Notes under the pieces: generated by a model
The model's database searches: none
Told to the model about the DNA's origin: nothing
Seen by the model: only the letters and a program-made list of their open reading frames with translations
Assembly: GCF_009914755.1 (NCBI RefSeq)
Contig: NC_060947.1
Reading direction: 5' to 3' (one strand)
Source: the human T2T-CHM13v2.0 reference genome, Homo sapiens
Length of the DNA: 64,000 nucleotides
In this document: one piece after another, positions 1 to 24,141 of the stretch
How the letters are laid out: every line of letters starts with the position of its first letter
Position numbering within the stretch: the stretch's first letter is position 1
Made by a program: the position numbers and the translations under genes

Positions 1-673
<673 letters not shown>

Positions 674-800
674 TTAAGTTTAGCTAAGTACTGTAACAGA
701 TTGATACCAAAGAGGCAACTATGCCTTTCTAAAACTCATTTGGTTAGTCAAGTCACAGACAGAATCCGAAGCTAGATAAAGCCAAGACTGACCTCCATAG

Positions 801-1394
<594 letters not shown>

Positions 1395-1789
1395 TAAGTA
1401 ACAATGTACAGAGCACACATTGCTTGATTTTTCTCCAAGCCATCCTCATCTTGGCAGCAGGGACCAGGAGTGGCCACAGCAGTGATGATCCCTTGTTAAC
1501 TCACAAAGCTCCTGATAGGCTTCCCTGTTCCTGCAAGGCTACCAGAAATGCCATGCTGCAATACCATCAGTTCTCTGCAAAGATGCCTTCATTTTCTAGG
1601 AGCATAAGCTTGGGAGACCCAAAGAGCCTAGATGCCACTGGGTAACACACACACTAGCTCGCAAGAATCTGGAATATGCTGGCCTAGTATTTGGTACTAT
1701 GTACACTTTACTAAAGCATGTGTGTTTGAATATCTTCAGGATTCCATAGCCAAAGGGTAACAATGAACAATGAGATAAAATGTCGAAAT

Positions 1790-1950
1790 TAGAAGAAAAA
1801 GCCCTGAGTCAGTATAGAGACGTTGGCTGGTCAACTCATCTTGATAAAGGAAACTCACTTCTGTGGGCCTGGTTTCCTCACCCCACACAAGGAGGGAGAT
1901 AGTCTCCAAAGCCCTTTCCAGATCTACCATCCTATGATTCTGTGGGTCAA
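1790..1950 (+). mobile_element. MIR fragment
   Basis: Degenerate MIR core (ctgtgggcctggtttcctca...gattctgtg). Confidence 0.5.
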
Positions 1951-3168
1951 GATTGTTAAATTTTAAGTACATCTAGAATGTTTTAATTCAGCAACACTTA
2001 TTGGCCATCTACTCTATGTAAGGCATGGTAGAGAGCACTGTGGGGGCTACACAGCCATTGAACATAGTCTCTGACCTTGAAAGAGACTAGCTGCGGGGGA
2101 CAACAACAGTGAGAAGTGTAATCACCATATAGCTCCAAACTATAAGAAATGTCATGTGATTATCTGTTGAATGAGCGGTGTGTACAATTAGCCCAATGAA
2201 TGCAGAAATTACTGGAAAGTTTTCATGAAGAAAGACTCAAGAAAGAATTTGAAAGAGGGGTAGAATTTGGATAGGCTAGAAAAGTATTGTTTGTATTGAT
2301 TACTATTGATTACTAAGCAGTGTTACAAAGCTGTTTTCAGTTCATCCAATTCAATGACTCTTCTGCCAATATATACATCAAAAGCTCTAATGGGGACCAA
2401 CCTGACAGAACCTGGTCTGACAGTGCCTTGATAAGATTTCCTTCATATACAGAGGACACAGTGAGACCATAAGCACTGATTATAGCAGCAAACTGCTTCT
2501 GCTTCAGGGGTCAAGAGTCTCATAGTCATTCTTGCCACAAGAGAAGTCTGAGGACCTTGATCCCACTAGTGGCCAGGTCAGAAAGCTAAAAGAGAAAGCT
2601 GGAAGCCAATTCCAGGAGACAGTGCACTTGTTCCTTTCTCCAGGATCACACTTTATCAGGAAGTTGAATTTGACTGAATACCACGATAGCCTTTCAGTAG
2701 CTGGATGTCTCCTAGGTTGTCAGTGGCATTCTGCTACAGTGTCCTAACACTTCAGGCCAAGCTGGTAGCTATGTGTTCATCGCACAAGCTGGATAGAGCT
2801 TAAGCAGAAAGAACTGAAAATTGTTCATGTGCTCAAAGCTGAAACTAGCAATACACACTCACATTTCTTAAATACCTCACCCTAAGAATTAATTAGAAAA
2901 TCCTTTTTCTTTAAGCATTATACCATTTTTCACTCTGCTTTTAAACTTAAATACGTTTACCATGAATACAATTATATTTAAATATAGCAACCTACTGGTA
3001 ATCTATAATCTCCTTTTGTGTGTATTTGAGTCTTCCAGACAGACACAGAGTTATACAGAATTTCAGGTTCTTGGAGTTGCAAGAGGCTTAGTGAATATTT
3101 GGCCAAATTTCTACTCGGTGACAGCGGCCCGAGAGAGACCCCCCGGCTTCTTCAGAAACACCTCTAAC

Positions 3169-3490
3169 AGGCCGGGCGCAGTGGCTCATGCCTGTAATCC
3201 CAGCACTTGGGGAGGCTGAGGCAGGTGGATAACTTGAGGTCAGGAGTTCGAGACAAGCCTGGCCAACATGGTGAAACCCTGTCTCTACTGAAAATACAAA
3301 AATTATTTGTATTTGGCAGGTGTCTGTAATCCCAGCTACTCGGGAGGCTGAGGCAGGAGAAGTGCTTGAACCCGGGAGGCAGAGGTTGCAAAAGCAGAGA
3401 TCATGCCACTGCACTCCAGCCTGGGTGATGGGGCAAGGCCCTGTCTCAAAAAATAAATAAAAAATAAAAAATAATTAAAAAAAAAAAGAA
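3169..3490 (+). mobile_element. AluS
   Basis: Full Alu; TSD agaaacac(c)tctaaca. Confidence 0.93.
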
Positions 3491-4002
3491 ACACTCTAAC
3501 AATACAGAGCTAACTGGCCCCAGGATGGACAACTTTTTTTGTTTTATGTATTCAATCTACTATGTGTCCACTGAAAATTACAGGTCACTCATTTGAAAAG
3601 TCTTCTAGAAGATATGTAAAGGCATAATCCAAAAATAAAAGGACATCTGCCAGCACTGCTAACATTATGCGTTTTTCATTAAGGGGCACCCACATGCCTG
3701 ACCAGACTTCTCAAGCCATCTGGCTGGCCCAGAGCTGTGCTGCAGGCAGCTATAAATCAACTCACACTTGTTCCTAAGCACCTGCTGCAAGCAGGACCCT
3801 GCTACTAAAATGCAGCTCCAGATGTGCCTCAAGATTTGGACTATCTTCCCACAAGGTAAAAATACAGCAGCCAGAGGATGTGGAGTCTCTACTCCTAGAC
3901 AATGTAAGAATGAAAATAGATCACCATTTGTCTATTCAGACACCCTCACCTGCCTGAAGGCAGGGGGCTAGATCAACTGATTTCCTGAGGCCTCACTAAG
4001 TT

Positions 4003-4285
4003 CTTTTTTTTTTTTTTTTTTAAGACAGAGTCTCACTCTGTCATCCAGGCTAAGATCTCAGCTCACTGCAACCTCCGCCTCCCAGGTGCAAGGGATTCTC
4101 CTGCCTCAGCCTTCCGAGTAGCTGGGACTACAGGCGCACAACAGCCACACGGGGCTAATTTTTGTATTTTTAGTAGAGACGGGGGTTTTACCATGTTGGC
4201 CAGGCTGGTCTCGAACTCCTGACCTCAAGTGATCTGCCTGCCTCGGCCTCCCCAAGTGCTGGGATTACAGGCATGAGCCACTGCG
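4003..4285 (-). mobile_element. AluS
   Basis: Antisense Alu with poly-T. Confidence 0.92.
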
Positions 4286-6557
4286 CTAAGTCCTAATACT
4301 AACAAAGCAGCCCACATTCTGCTCCCCAAACCCTGCCCCCACTATGTGGTGGACAGGAAATTATAGATGCCAAAGAAAAAGGCCGACCAGAAGGAGATTT
4401 CATTCCTCAGAGGCATGCTGGTGTACCTTGTACAACCTGTCACTGGCTAGGCACAAGGCAGCCACCACCTAAAGTGTCTATGTGTCTGTATATGACAGAC
4501 ACACACACACATACACAAGCACGCACATCCACACATGTACAAAGTATTCATCACCAGGGTCCTCTCCTCTGTGGTCACATTTCCACCTCCCCCCTCCACT
4601 CCTCTGCTAACACATTTACTTCCTTCTCCCCTCTTCTTCCCACTACTCCCTCCTCCAGCCCTATCTTCAAAAATATTTAGTCTTTCACACAGACAGCTGG
4701 TACTCAAGTAAGTTTTACAAATAACCTCACCCTTCAAAATGCAAGAAATAACCTGGGGCGGGGGGAAGTCATCATGGTAGAAAACTCAACCTGCCTCTGT
4801 CAAATGGTAACTTGGCTAATTAGAAGCTTCATCCCACCAGCGGTTTTCTTCAGAGGCCTGCAGGGGCCTCAGTGGAACAGATTCCAGTCAGATTCTTCTG
4901 CTGGCTCCCAGATACAAAAGGGGACAAATGGCAATACCTCCAAATTTCAAGTACCCCTGGCCAGTCAAACCAGAGGTTTCCTGGGCCCAGAACTACCAAC
5001 TAACTCAAAGCCTGGGAACAAGGCTCATCTCTGTTTGGAATAGTTGTAATAAAAATTTAACCTGGAGGTGGGGGTGGGGACAAAAAGAGAAAAAGAGAGG
5101 AAGAATGATAAAGAACAGATGTCAGCTTTGCACTTCCAAGAAGAAGCAGGACAGGAATGAGGCAAGGAATACTTGGAGAGAAGGGTGAGGAGAAGGAAAA
5201 ACAATTTTTAATGCTAGGGGCTTATGCCTGCCTGACTACACATGCTCACTGGTACCACACACAAGCACGTGCGTGCACATATGCACACACACACACTCAT
5301 TCAGGAAACTCAAACTGGAAAGCAAATAAGAAGCCTTCAGCAACCTGCCTGACTTCACTAAACACTTCACAAAGTCAGCAGTAGCGGCGGCAGCAGCAAA
5401 AGGACCTTTAACAAAGAGTTCCTCTGACCTTACTTTCCCAGCCCCGTTATAAACTGGATCTCCCTCCCCCTGCTGTTACTCAAGCCAGCTGCAACCACCC
5501 AAAAGTCTGGCAAAGCAGCCCAAAAATCACTCTGGGTGCACTGGGAAAGCCTGAAGCCCTCACAGAAGGACAAAAATGAGCCCCAAGGGACCAGAGCTCA
5601 TTTTACTTCCCCACTAGGCTGGCCAAGGTGCCCCCTCCTACCTCCCATGGACACACCCCAGCATAAGCCCTCCATTTCCAGGTCACCCATGTACATACAC
5701 CATAGCACGCTCACCTCAGGTGTGGCTTACAGTCCACACACACACCTCTTGGCTCTCAAAGGCCTCCTCACAGTAATCCCAAAACAATTAGCAATGCTCC
5801 CATCCCTAGAGTGTAGAGCATTCTCAGCACACCCAGGAGACACGCCACAGTGCCCTAGAATCCAGCCGGCCACCTCCCCTAGAGACGAGACCTACACAGA
5901 CTTCAAACAGTGGCTCGAGTACGAGGTATTACACCACAGAAAAAAAATCACTCCAAGGCTGGTACCAGACATACACAGAATATAGAGCTGTTTACGTTGA
6001 GTGATTTTGAGGGAAAGAGCAACTCACTTCTAATAAGCACGTATGTGCCACGCACACAACTAGTATGTGGTCCAGCTGAGGCTGGAACTAATCTGTAGGT
6101 TCCCAACTCAGTTGGCTTTTCACTGTACCAGCTAGCTGAGAGCTGAGCCTTAAGGAAACAGGACCCAGAATAACAAAATAGGTGAGGATTGCTGAGTAAT
6201 GTAACAATGAGGGGTGCCCTCAGGTTTGTGTGCAGGGGAGGCCATCTGTCATTTAGCTTCTAAGGAGACCACTAAAAGGGAGAGGTGAGTAATTAAGACA
6301 AACTTTCTTATTTCCCAAGTCTATCAAGGACAGCCCCAAATCAGTACTACAAAATTGGTATCAAAGGTATTGGTCTTTTTAGGAAGTACATACTCTGTGA
6401 TGACCACGAAGCAATGAATTCAGCTGGCATCTCTACAGACATCGCTCAAGAGGACGTTAAAGTCATCCAAGGACCAGCCCCAAACTCCCCAGAAAGCAGG
6501 TTCTTCCCCTGGACCCAAAGTAACCATAATCAGGTAACTCTACTCAACCGAAACTCA

Positions 6558-6840
<283 letters not shown>

Positions 6841-7109
6841 CAAAAGTCCAATTGCTAGCCCTAAGAAAAAGCAGAAAAAGAAAAAAAAATGAGGCAATAA
6901 TAAGAAAATACAGTTCAACCCTCCTTTCCCAGAGACAGAAAGTTGAAAACTGACTGAAGGGGTGGGGACGGGGAAGTGGGAAAAGTTTATTTCCAATTCG
7001 TGTTTGTTCTCTAAAAGAAGGTATGATAAAAGGTTCTCAAAAAAGGAAAGGGGCTAGTATTTCTTCTTAAATAAGCCTCTATGCTTCCAATCTAATGCTG
7101 ATGATCTGA

Positions 7110-7290
7110 TCATCACAGAACCTTGGAACTAGAGAGGATTTTATAGGTGATCGTGCCAATTATTAATACTTTGTTTTGTAAATGAGTAAACTGAGGACCA
7201 GAGAGAGGAAATAACTTATCCAGGACCACACAGCAGCAATGCTGATACTGCTAACTTCCAGTCAAGGGCATGTTCCACTATGCCACAGTG
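7110..7290 (-). mobile_element. MIR
   Basis: MIR core ttttgtaaatgagtaaactgaggaccagagagagg...acttatccaggaccacacagc. Confidence 0.7.
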
Positions 7291-8038
7291 TTCTTTCAAC
7301 ATCATTAAAAGGACTCTAAAAATAATAGTAGAGTTTCTGTCCTTATAAAACCTCCCTCCCTTCCTCCACTTCACCTTCTTTCTTCAATTAGCCACTCGAA
7401 TATGAATCACAGCAGGGAACAAGTCACCCTCTGGCAGGGCCAGGAGGTTCTGGACGCTCTGTGCACATACGTGCATTGTATTTACACAAAACAGATTTCC
7501 CCTCATCAAACCCTCTGCAACTTCCTGAGTCCGGGAAATGAAACAATCTGGCTGGTCTAGCCTAACATTTGTGAGAATCTTAATGAAACCACATCAGAGA
7601 CCTGTAGGTGAAAGGCTGACTTAAGCAGGAGAGATTCTGGAATGGTTGGTGACTGCTGATGGCTGGTTGGGGGGTGGGGAATGGCAGCAGCTAAGAAAAG
7701 TCACAAGGGCGCTTTCTGGGACATGTCCTAAGTACCATCTCTACTCAGCATCCTGAATTCCCAGGCCCAGAGTTTCTCAGCCTCTGCTACCCTTCTCCTC
7801 CGCTCAGGTGTGGTGTTGTGGCCTCTATTTACCGACACCACATGCCCCACGCTGGCAGGACTGAGGCGGAAGCCTGCAGCCCGACGGACGGAGGGAGAAA
7901 CAGCCAACTCGCGGGCTGGAGAGGGCAAAGGTCCAAAAACAGCCTAGGAGCGGAGCAGGGAAACGAGAAGGTAGAAGGTTCGGGGAAGGGGAGGGGGGCC
8001 CAGAGGTGCAGAGAACCCGTCCTTTGTGTAAAACTAAC

Positions 8039-8106
8039 CTGGAAGACAATCTCCTCCCGATAAACCGGCCCAGCGGGAGAAGGGAGACCAGGAAGGGGGA
8101 GCCGGC
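8039..8106 (-). other. ZDHHC9: 68-nt non-coding 5'UTR exon of ZDHHC9
   Basis: Acceptor ctttgttcttccag|GCCGGC and donor CCAG|gttagt on the minus strand, between the promoter and the coding exon. Confidence 0.8.
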
Positions 8107-8475
8107 CTGGAAGAACAAAGATCAAAATCCGTCGGGAAGCAGCGACCGGCTCCCCAGCGGGGGGCCGGAGGCCGGAGGCCGGAGTCCGGGGCCGAGCCGC
8201 GGGCGCGGCCTCTCGAGGCCCGCCCTGACTCCGCCACGCCGCGGACCACCGCCCCAGGCAGGTTGGGACGCGCGCCACATCCACACGCACACGCAGCCAC
8301 ACGCTCGTACACACTCACACACGCCCCGCCACGTGTAGTCACCCCGGGCCAGGGGCTCGGCGGCTGCCGAGTTGAGAAGGGCGGTGCCGACGTCCCCGCC
8401 TCCAGGCGCCGCGGAAGGGGAGGCAGCCCACCCTGCAGCCGAGCCCAGGAGACCCCCGCCCCCACCCCTCGTTAC

Positions 8476-8680
8476 CTGAACCACGGAGACCCAACTCGGC
8501 CGGCAGCTGACGGCAGGAAACGGACCGTCCCAGGGAATCACGTCGGCAGCCAAAGGTGGCAGCGACTTGTCCTCCCCGGGCCGGGAGGCTGTCTCCTCCT
8601 GACAAGGGGCCCCAGTGGTCGGGGCCCTAAACCAGCTGTGGCAACCGCCCACCACTGGCCAAATGGAACGCTCCTCACGT
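8476..8680 (-). other. ZDHHC9: Non-coding first exon of ZDHHC9 (5' boundary/TSS approximate)
   Basis: Strong donor TTCAG|gtaacg (intron from 8475) followed by intronic G-runs; lies just downstream of CCAAT/GC boxes in the CpG island; no ATG seen. Confidence 0.75.
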
Positions 8681-8970
8681 CACCAGGTCGCTCCAGTAGT
8701 TGCTCGCCCTCTATTGGCCGATCGGCCTCGGCGCCTCCGCCCCGGCCGCCCCTATCCCGAACTGCCATTGGTTTTGCCTAACGCCACTCGACGATGCCTC
8801 CGCCCACTCCTCCACCCATCTCCCTGCTGCATGCCCACCTGCCAAGCCACTGCCAGCCTCTCTTTGGGGTCTGAGCGCCAGTATGTGAAGTGTTGCCTTC
8901 TATTAATATAGTTACGCAGAGACGGAGGTTAAGGGTAGTGCCGATGGGACAGCAAAGGGTGGAACCAGCC

Positions 8971-9026
8971 TACACACACGCGCGCGCGCGCGCACACACA
9001 CACACGCGCGCGCACACACACACACA
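8971..9026. repeat. Compound (CA)n(CG)n alternating purine-pyrimidine microsatellite, Z-DNA prone
   Basis: 56 bp of unbroken alternation: CA run, long CG run, CA run, shorter CG run, CA run. Confidence 0.93.
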
Positions 9027-9560
9027 GTGAGATGCTGAAGCAACACTAGCTCACAGATCCGGGTGCTCACCCCAAACTAGGTCTGCCATGGGCCTCTCCA
9101 GCCCTGCTTGCATTTTAAAATCAACCGCAACTTGAGATTTTACTCTTTATCGGCATAAAAACAAGTCATCTGCCTCCCAAGTCTCATTCAGTAGCCAGGG
9201 ACCCCATATCTGTCCCAGTCACCCTAGCCTGCATCTCTAAGTCTTTCAAATCAAAACACACAAACAAGCATAAAAAGCATGTTGTAAAGGATAAATGTCC
9301 CCAAGAACGTATTATCATTTTGCAGCACCTAAAACAACTAATTGACATTAATGGAGTTAAAGAAACTCCACTGAGGACATAAATTCTTCCAGGTAGGTAA
9401 TGAAGTAAAGATTGCCAAAAAGGTTGTAAATTTTTATTCGGTTTGGAAAGCTTATGATGATTAAGGGGAGAATCCAAGGCAGAATTCCCACCCACCAACC
9501 AGATTGATTTTTTCCTTCTGCCACCCAGCTCTGCATTACTGCCACCATGAGCCACTGCTA

Positions 9561-9967
<407 letters not shown>

Positions 9968-11105
9968 CTAGGTCTGTTTTCACCAGTATGGCTCCTGCCT
10001 TCCAAATATAAGAGGAAATATGAGAAAAGGTTGAAGGTGGCATCTCCTTTCCAAGTGTAAGAGGAGATAAGAGAAAAGGTTGAAGATTGGAGGAGAATGC
10101 CTACATTACCAGCCTAGGTTTTCCTAAGCGTGATAAAAATTTCAAAGTTTTAGAGATTTGGTATTTGGAATTAGTACAGAAGAGACTGCCAAAGCTCTTC
10201 CTAAGGCAGTTGTATGTTAGTTGAAGGACCACATACATGGTCAAGAACTATTTTTCCTTTACAGTATATGTGTCCCACACAATATGAAACAAAAAGCTAC
10301 ATAATAATTACATTTGACACTTTCATGGCACCCTTCAAAATTCTTAAAGGATTTAAAAAACACTAGGTAATTCTGAGATGTGTTGTAATTAACTTGCAAA
10401 GGAAGGTTTGTCTTTATAAAGCTTCCATTGTTCCTTAGCACTCATGCTGATTATGATCAACAGTTTATTCCTCATGAAGTGTACGATCAGTATCATTGCC
10501 TCCAATTCTCCCGCTTTGAATTCTGGAGGGTGCTGGTATTGCACACACTTGGTATGGGAGGGAGAAGAACTTCCCTAAACCTCATCAGCCCTGTGGATTT
10601 CCAAGCCTATGTATATCAGATGCCCTTAGGAATAGTATGGTCACCCCAGCTGCCATCCTTCTGACTATGGAGCAGTGAAAAATAAGCCTCTGTAGCACTC
10701 AAACATATTTTGTCCATAGCTCAGGTGCAGGTGAAGCCTGAGGAGTCCTGGAATCGATGTGTCATGGTGACACATTCCTGAGCTCTGTCCCTCCCTGCTC
10801 TGGGTCACATTCCCTCTCGGACTAAGTGGCTATGTGAGTCAGGCTTGTTTTATTACAATCTGTTATTATTTATTCTCAACACTCAAAGAAAAATAAGGAA
10901 AATTTATGTGGACAAACATCCCATAGTACTTCCTCCTATGTAGTTACATCATTTTATATAATCCTTAAAGTCTTAATACACACACACAACTAAATTGTGA
11001 CTATAAACTGAGACTGTTTTTTCCTATTCTTTTCTCTTCTCTTTTCAACAGACTTCCCACTTTTTACATCCAAGTCAGTGTTGGCTCTTTTGAAAAGAGG
11101 TTATA

Positions 11106-11368
11106 GGCCGGGCACAGTGGCTCACGTCTGTAATCCCAGCACTATGGGAGGCCAAGGCAGGCAGATCACTTGAGGACAGGAGTTTGAGACCAGCCTGGCC
11201 AACATGGTGAAACCCTATCTCTAGCCAGGCATGGTGGCAGGTGCCTGTAATCCCAGCTACTCAGGAGGCTGAGCATGAGAATCACTTGAATCTGGGAGGC
11301 GGAGGTTGCAATGAGCCCAGATCGCTCCACTGCACTCCAGCCTGGACGACAGAGCGAGATTCCATCTA

Positions 11369-11399
<31 letters not shown>

Positions 11400-11430
11400 A
11401 AGAAAGAAAGAAAGAAAGAGAGAGAAGAAA
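11106..11430 (+). mobile_element. AluS with deleted middle A-linker and (GA)n/(GAAA)n tail
   Basis: Alu sequence; TSD aaaag(a/g)ggttata. Confidence 0.9.
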
Positions 11431-11572
11431 AGGGGTTATAGTCATGTGATGAGCACTAGAAACACCACAAAAATCAAGGTATAGCCTTCCAGTTTATAAG
11501 ACAGCTCCTTGTGTTATCATGTATGTTCTGGAGTATTTGTTTAAAAATACCTGTCTCCACATTTATTCTTCA

Positions 11573-11603
<31 letters not shown>

Positions 11604-11630
11604 GTGTAGGCGTGTGTAGGTGTAGGTGTA
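11573..11630. repeat. (TG)n microsatellite
   Basis: Direct reading. Confidence 0.9.
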
Positions 11631-12054
11631 ATGTGCTGTTTGATCCTGAGTGCCACCACTGGGTTGAAGCTTTCCTGTTAGTGTTGCTTCAAAGACTCTT
11701 CTGTAACCACCCGGAGACCCATTCAGTACTACATCCAGGAGCAGACATAAAGCATCAGCCCCCATCCTGCTTTTGAGCTCATGATAGCTCCTTTATTCTC
11801 TATTTTCTGTAGCCTCAAACTTGTCATGTCACTTTGCCCTCCTCCCCACACACACAGCCCTTTCCACCCCACCTCTCTGACTTGCACATCTCTTTCTGCT
11901 TTCTGGCTATAAATGCATGTGTGTGTAGAACGAATTGATGAACAAAAGAATGAACCACGGAATGCCCTACCCACGCATGATGAGCTAGTATTCTTAAGCA
12001 ACATCTGTTTCTCTGAGGCCTGGGCTGCTATCACTGACATAGAAGATCCAGGAT

Positions 12055-12280
12055 GGTAGGTAGCTCAGAAAGCACATAAGCCTTATGGCCAGACAGGCCT
12101 CGGTTCAAATCCTGGCTCTGCTACGTAATAGCTTGTATAACCTGTGGCAAGTAATTTATCCTTTCTGAGACTATTTCTTCATCTGTAAAATAAAGCTAAT
12201 ACCTATATCATGGAGTTATAAAGGGAATTGTGTGCTAACTGTCTGGCATGGAAGAGAGACACAGTCAATGCTGTATGTTA
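12055..12280 (+). mobile_element. MIR
   Basis: ggttcaaatcctggctctgctac...ggcaagtaatttatcctttctgag...ttcatctgtaaaat. Confidence 0.75.
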
Positions 12281-12706
12281 TAATGACATCTCCATTACTG
12301 CCCCCTCCCATCTCCCTCCCTTAGCCATCCTGCTGACTGGGGTAGAGAGGTAGAAAAAATGAGACCCATTCTTCACTGTATAGAGTCCTTGTCATCCATG
12401 TACCACCACGTTTTCATAACCTCTAAATTCATCACTGAATTGAATCCTTATCTGACTGGGTTTCCCAGCCCCCTACCCCACCTGGGACTGGGGAAAGCCT
12501 GGATAGTAATCTTGTTCTAGTAGAATGGCTGATCCTTAGCCTCCTCTTCTCAAGTAAATCATTGACATTCCTGCCACATTATCTGTTTCAACAGGCAAAA
12601 GGTAAATGGGATTGCTTTCACTGAGCACCTCCTATGTTCACAGCCCTGTGCTGAGATTGTTGGCTTCTCTTGGGAACTAAGCAGCACCTTAAAGATGTCC
12701 TCGCAT

Positions 12707-13075
<369 letters not shown>

Positions 13076-14128
13076 TCATCACAATGCAAGTGAACTGCCC
13101 AAACGCAGGTCTCTGTTTCTGCCTCAGATGCCTGGCTGCTCCCACTGGTTCCCAATTTGACTTCATCTCTGGACTGTGGATTTCTGACTCTGCCTGGGAT
13201 GGCTTTAGGTCCTATGCTTGAACCCTCAACAGTAGCCCTAAGACAATCCTCTCATTAAAAGAGAATCATAACAGCAATAGAAATCATTTATTGGGGACCT
13301 CCTCTGAGCCAGGGATTGTAGTAGGTGCTTTATACATTTAGATTCTCAGATTACGGTCTAAACTTGATGTGCAAGTGACAGCATCTGATACTGACCCGGC
13401 ACAGCCCTAGTCTCTGACTCTGCCCAGCTCTCTCATTCCAAGAGCTCACCTCAATCACTGTGCAGCCCAAAAATAGAACCAGTTTATCAATCAATCATGA
13501 AGTATGTATTAAGCAACAGCCATAGTTTGCTCAGCCTGTACTAGGCAATATGGGAAATACCAAGGAAGTATATGACATGATCCCAGCCTCCAAGGAACTT
13601 AAAATATTCTAGGGGCAAAAAGACTAGCACCTATGAAGTCATTAAAGATAAATACAAAACAGTGCAGAGTCAAATTCTCAACTATGCATAGCAGAGTCTC
13701 CAACTTCTTAAGGAGATCTTGCCTCAAAGGGTTGTAGCTTCTCGAATACCATTGGTAGAGGAGTAAACTGGTAAAAATCTTTCAGCAGGGCTATTTGGCG
13801 GTATCTTTTAACATTTTTGCATTACACAACCACTGACCCAACAATCCTACTTCTATCTAGAAATACTCGCACAAATGTTCAAAGATATATGTTCAAAGAT
13901 GTTCACTACACACATTGCAATTGTTTGTGAATGTGCATAATTGTGTATGTGTAATTGCAAAAATTAGCAAACAAAAAAGGCCATTAACTATTGGAAATCT
14001 ACATAGTACAGTACTATGCAACTATTAAAAATAATGGTATATAACATTCATACAGAAAAGAGCAGACCACTGCCTTCCTATATGTGGGAATATTTCAATG
14101 GAAATTTTACATTAAAATATTTTCTTGA

Positions 14129-16806
<2,678 letters not shown>

Positions 16807-18080
16807 AAAAAAGAAGCTCTGGATGCATATAGGCAGGAGCAGAAAGGCAAGAAGGGGGCCTCAGAGCAAAAGAAGAAGGACAAAGACAAAAAAACAGACT
16901 CGGAAGAGCAAGACAAGAGCAGAGATGAGAACAATGATGAAGATGAAGAAAGGCTGGAAGAAGAACAGAACGAAGAGGAAGAAGTAGACAACTGAATAGG
17001 GCAGGAGACTGTGGCATCTTGGAAGGTACCACTTGAGATGAGATGTGCTACATGTTTCTGTGAAGCTTTTTCATGCTGGGCAGAGTAGTCTCAGGCAGAA
17101 GTGCCTGAAAAGATCAGAATAAAAACTGACTAGAAATACCATCAAAACCAGCACTTCCTAAACTCAAAGCATCTGAGTAGCAGAATCCTGTTTTACTTCA
17201 TCAACCTCAAGGTTATGACTTTTTGGCAAAAGGGATTCTGAACGGCTAAATTAGTCAGTTTGATCACTTTTGGTTACTTATTTGTATGGTTAGGTGGTTT
17301 TTGATCCGCAGTCTTTCCTATTCCCCCAAATAAGTAATAATAACTTCCATGCTGCCTGATGTGTTCCAGATCACAGAGGCAGCCAAAGCTCAGGAAAATT
17401 GGGGCTTTGCTTATGGTCAGCCTATGTTTGATTGCACAGTCTTTGACAATAGTAGCTTACTAAGACTGGTCAGAATGAGTAAGCTTTAGGAAACTACTAA
17501 AATGCTGTGGGATAATAACAAAATCTGTTCTGTCTCTTCACTTGACAGAAGCGTTAACTGAATTTTGTTTTTCATAGACCCACTTGGCTCAAAACCTTTC
17601 TAAATTGCCTGTAGATAATTCGACCTGCTGGGGTGGGGGTAATCTGGTCACAAATGTTCTTAAATCAGCAGTTTAAAATGGTATTCGTCAAGCAAGGGTG
17701 CCAGTGTCTTACTTTTACAAAAACAGATGGCATAGTGTCACATGTATCTTACTCTCTGCTACTGTACAGCTTTGGGATTTGTCATCACCTGCTGGAAGGT
17801 GTAAAACCCCAGGCTTCCTCTTCTTGAAGTCCATCTCCCAGACTTGTGACTATGGCTTTTCATTCTTCAATTCATGATGAGTTCCAAACTTTATTTCCTC
17901 TAGGCACAGCTTCCTCCCTCTGCGCCTCTTACTTCCTTTCTCTCTTCTGCCTCTCCTCTGCTCCCCATCCCACTTTCTGCTCTCCCTCCTTTTCTCACTT
18001 ATGTCAGTCTAGGAGCTTTGATTACCTGCTTAGTACTCCAAAGTGTGAGTTCCTCTGATCTCTTGATTCCTTGGTTCTAA

Positions 18081-24140
<6,060 letters not shown>

Positions 24141-24141
24141 A

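Larger units (their letters stand above)
7850..8810 (-). promoter_or_regulatory. ZDHHC9: CpG island / ZDHHC9 promoter
   Basis: GC- and CpG-rich block. Minus-strand CCAAT boxes (ATTGG at 8713-8717 and 8767-8771), GC boxes (ccgccc ~8737, ~8750, ~8800), TGACGTGA at 8682-8675, E-box CACGTG ~8330. Confidence 0.9.

Noticed and set aside
4480-5520. CA-rich, motif-rich intronic stretch as an enhancer or alternative promoter
   Set aside because: Only short generic motifs (E-boxes, TGACCT); cannot be supported without conservation or chromatin data.
8699-8771. Possible ERSE (CCAAT-N9-CCACG)
   Set aside because: Neither CCAAT box is followed by CCACG at the required spacing.
7728-8911. Many overlapping 60-177 aa ORFs in the CpG island
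   Set aside because: Expected from stop-codon scarcity in GC-rich DNA; most lack a true ATG and none resembles a known protein.
10008-10086. Imperfect ~28-bp direct repeat (taagagga.ata.gagaaaaggttgaag)
   Set aside because: Two purine-rich copies only; a trivial local duplication with no functional hint.
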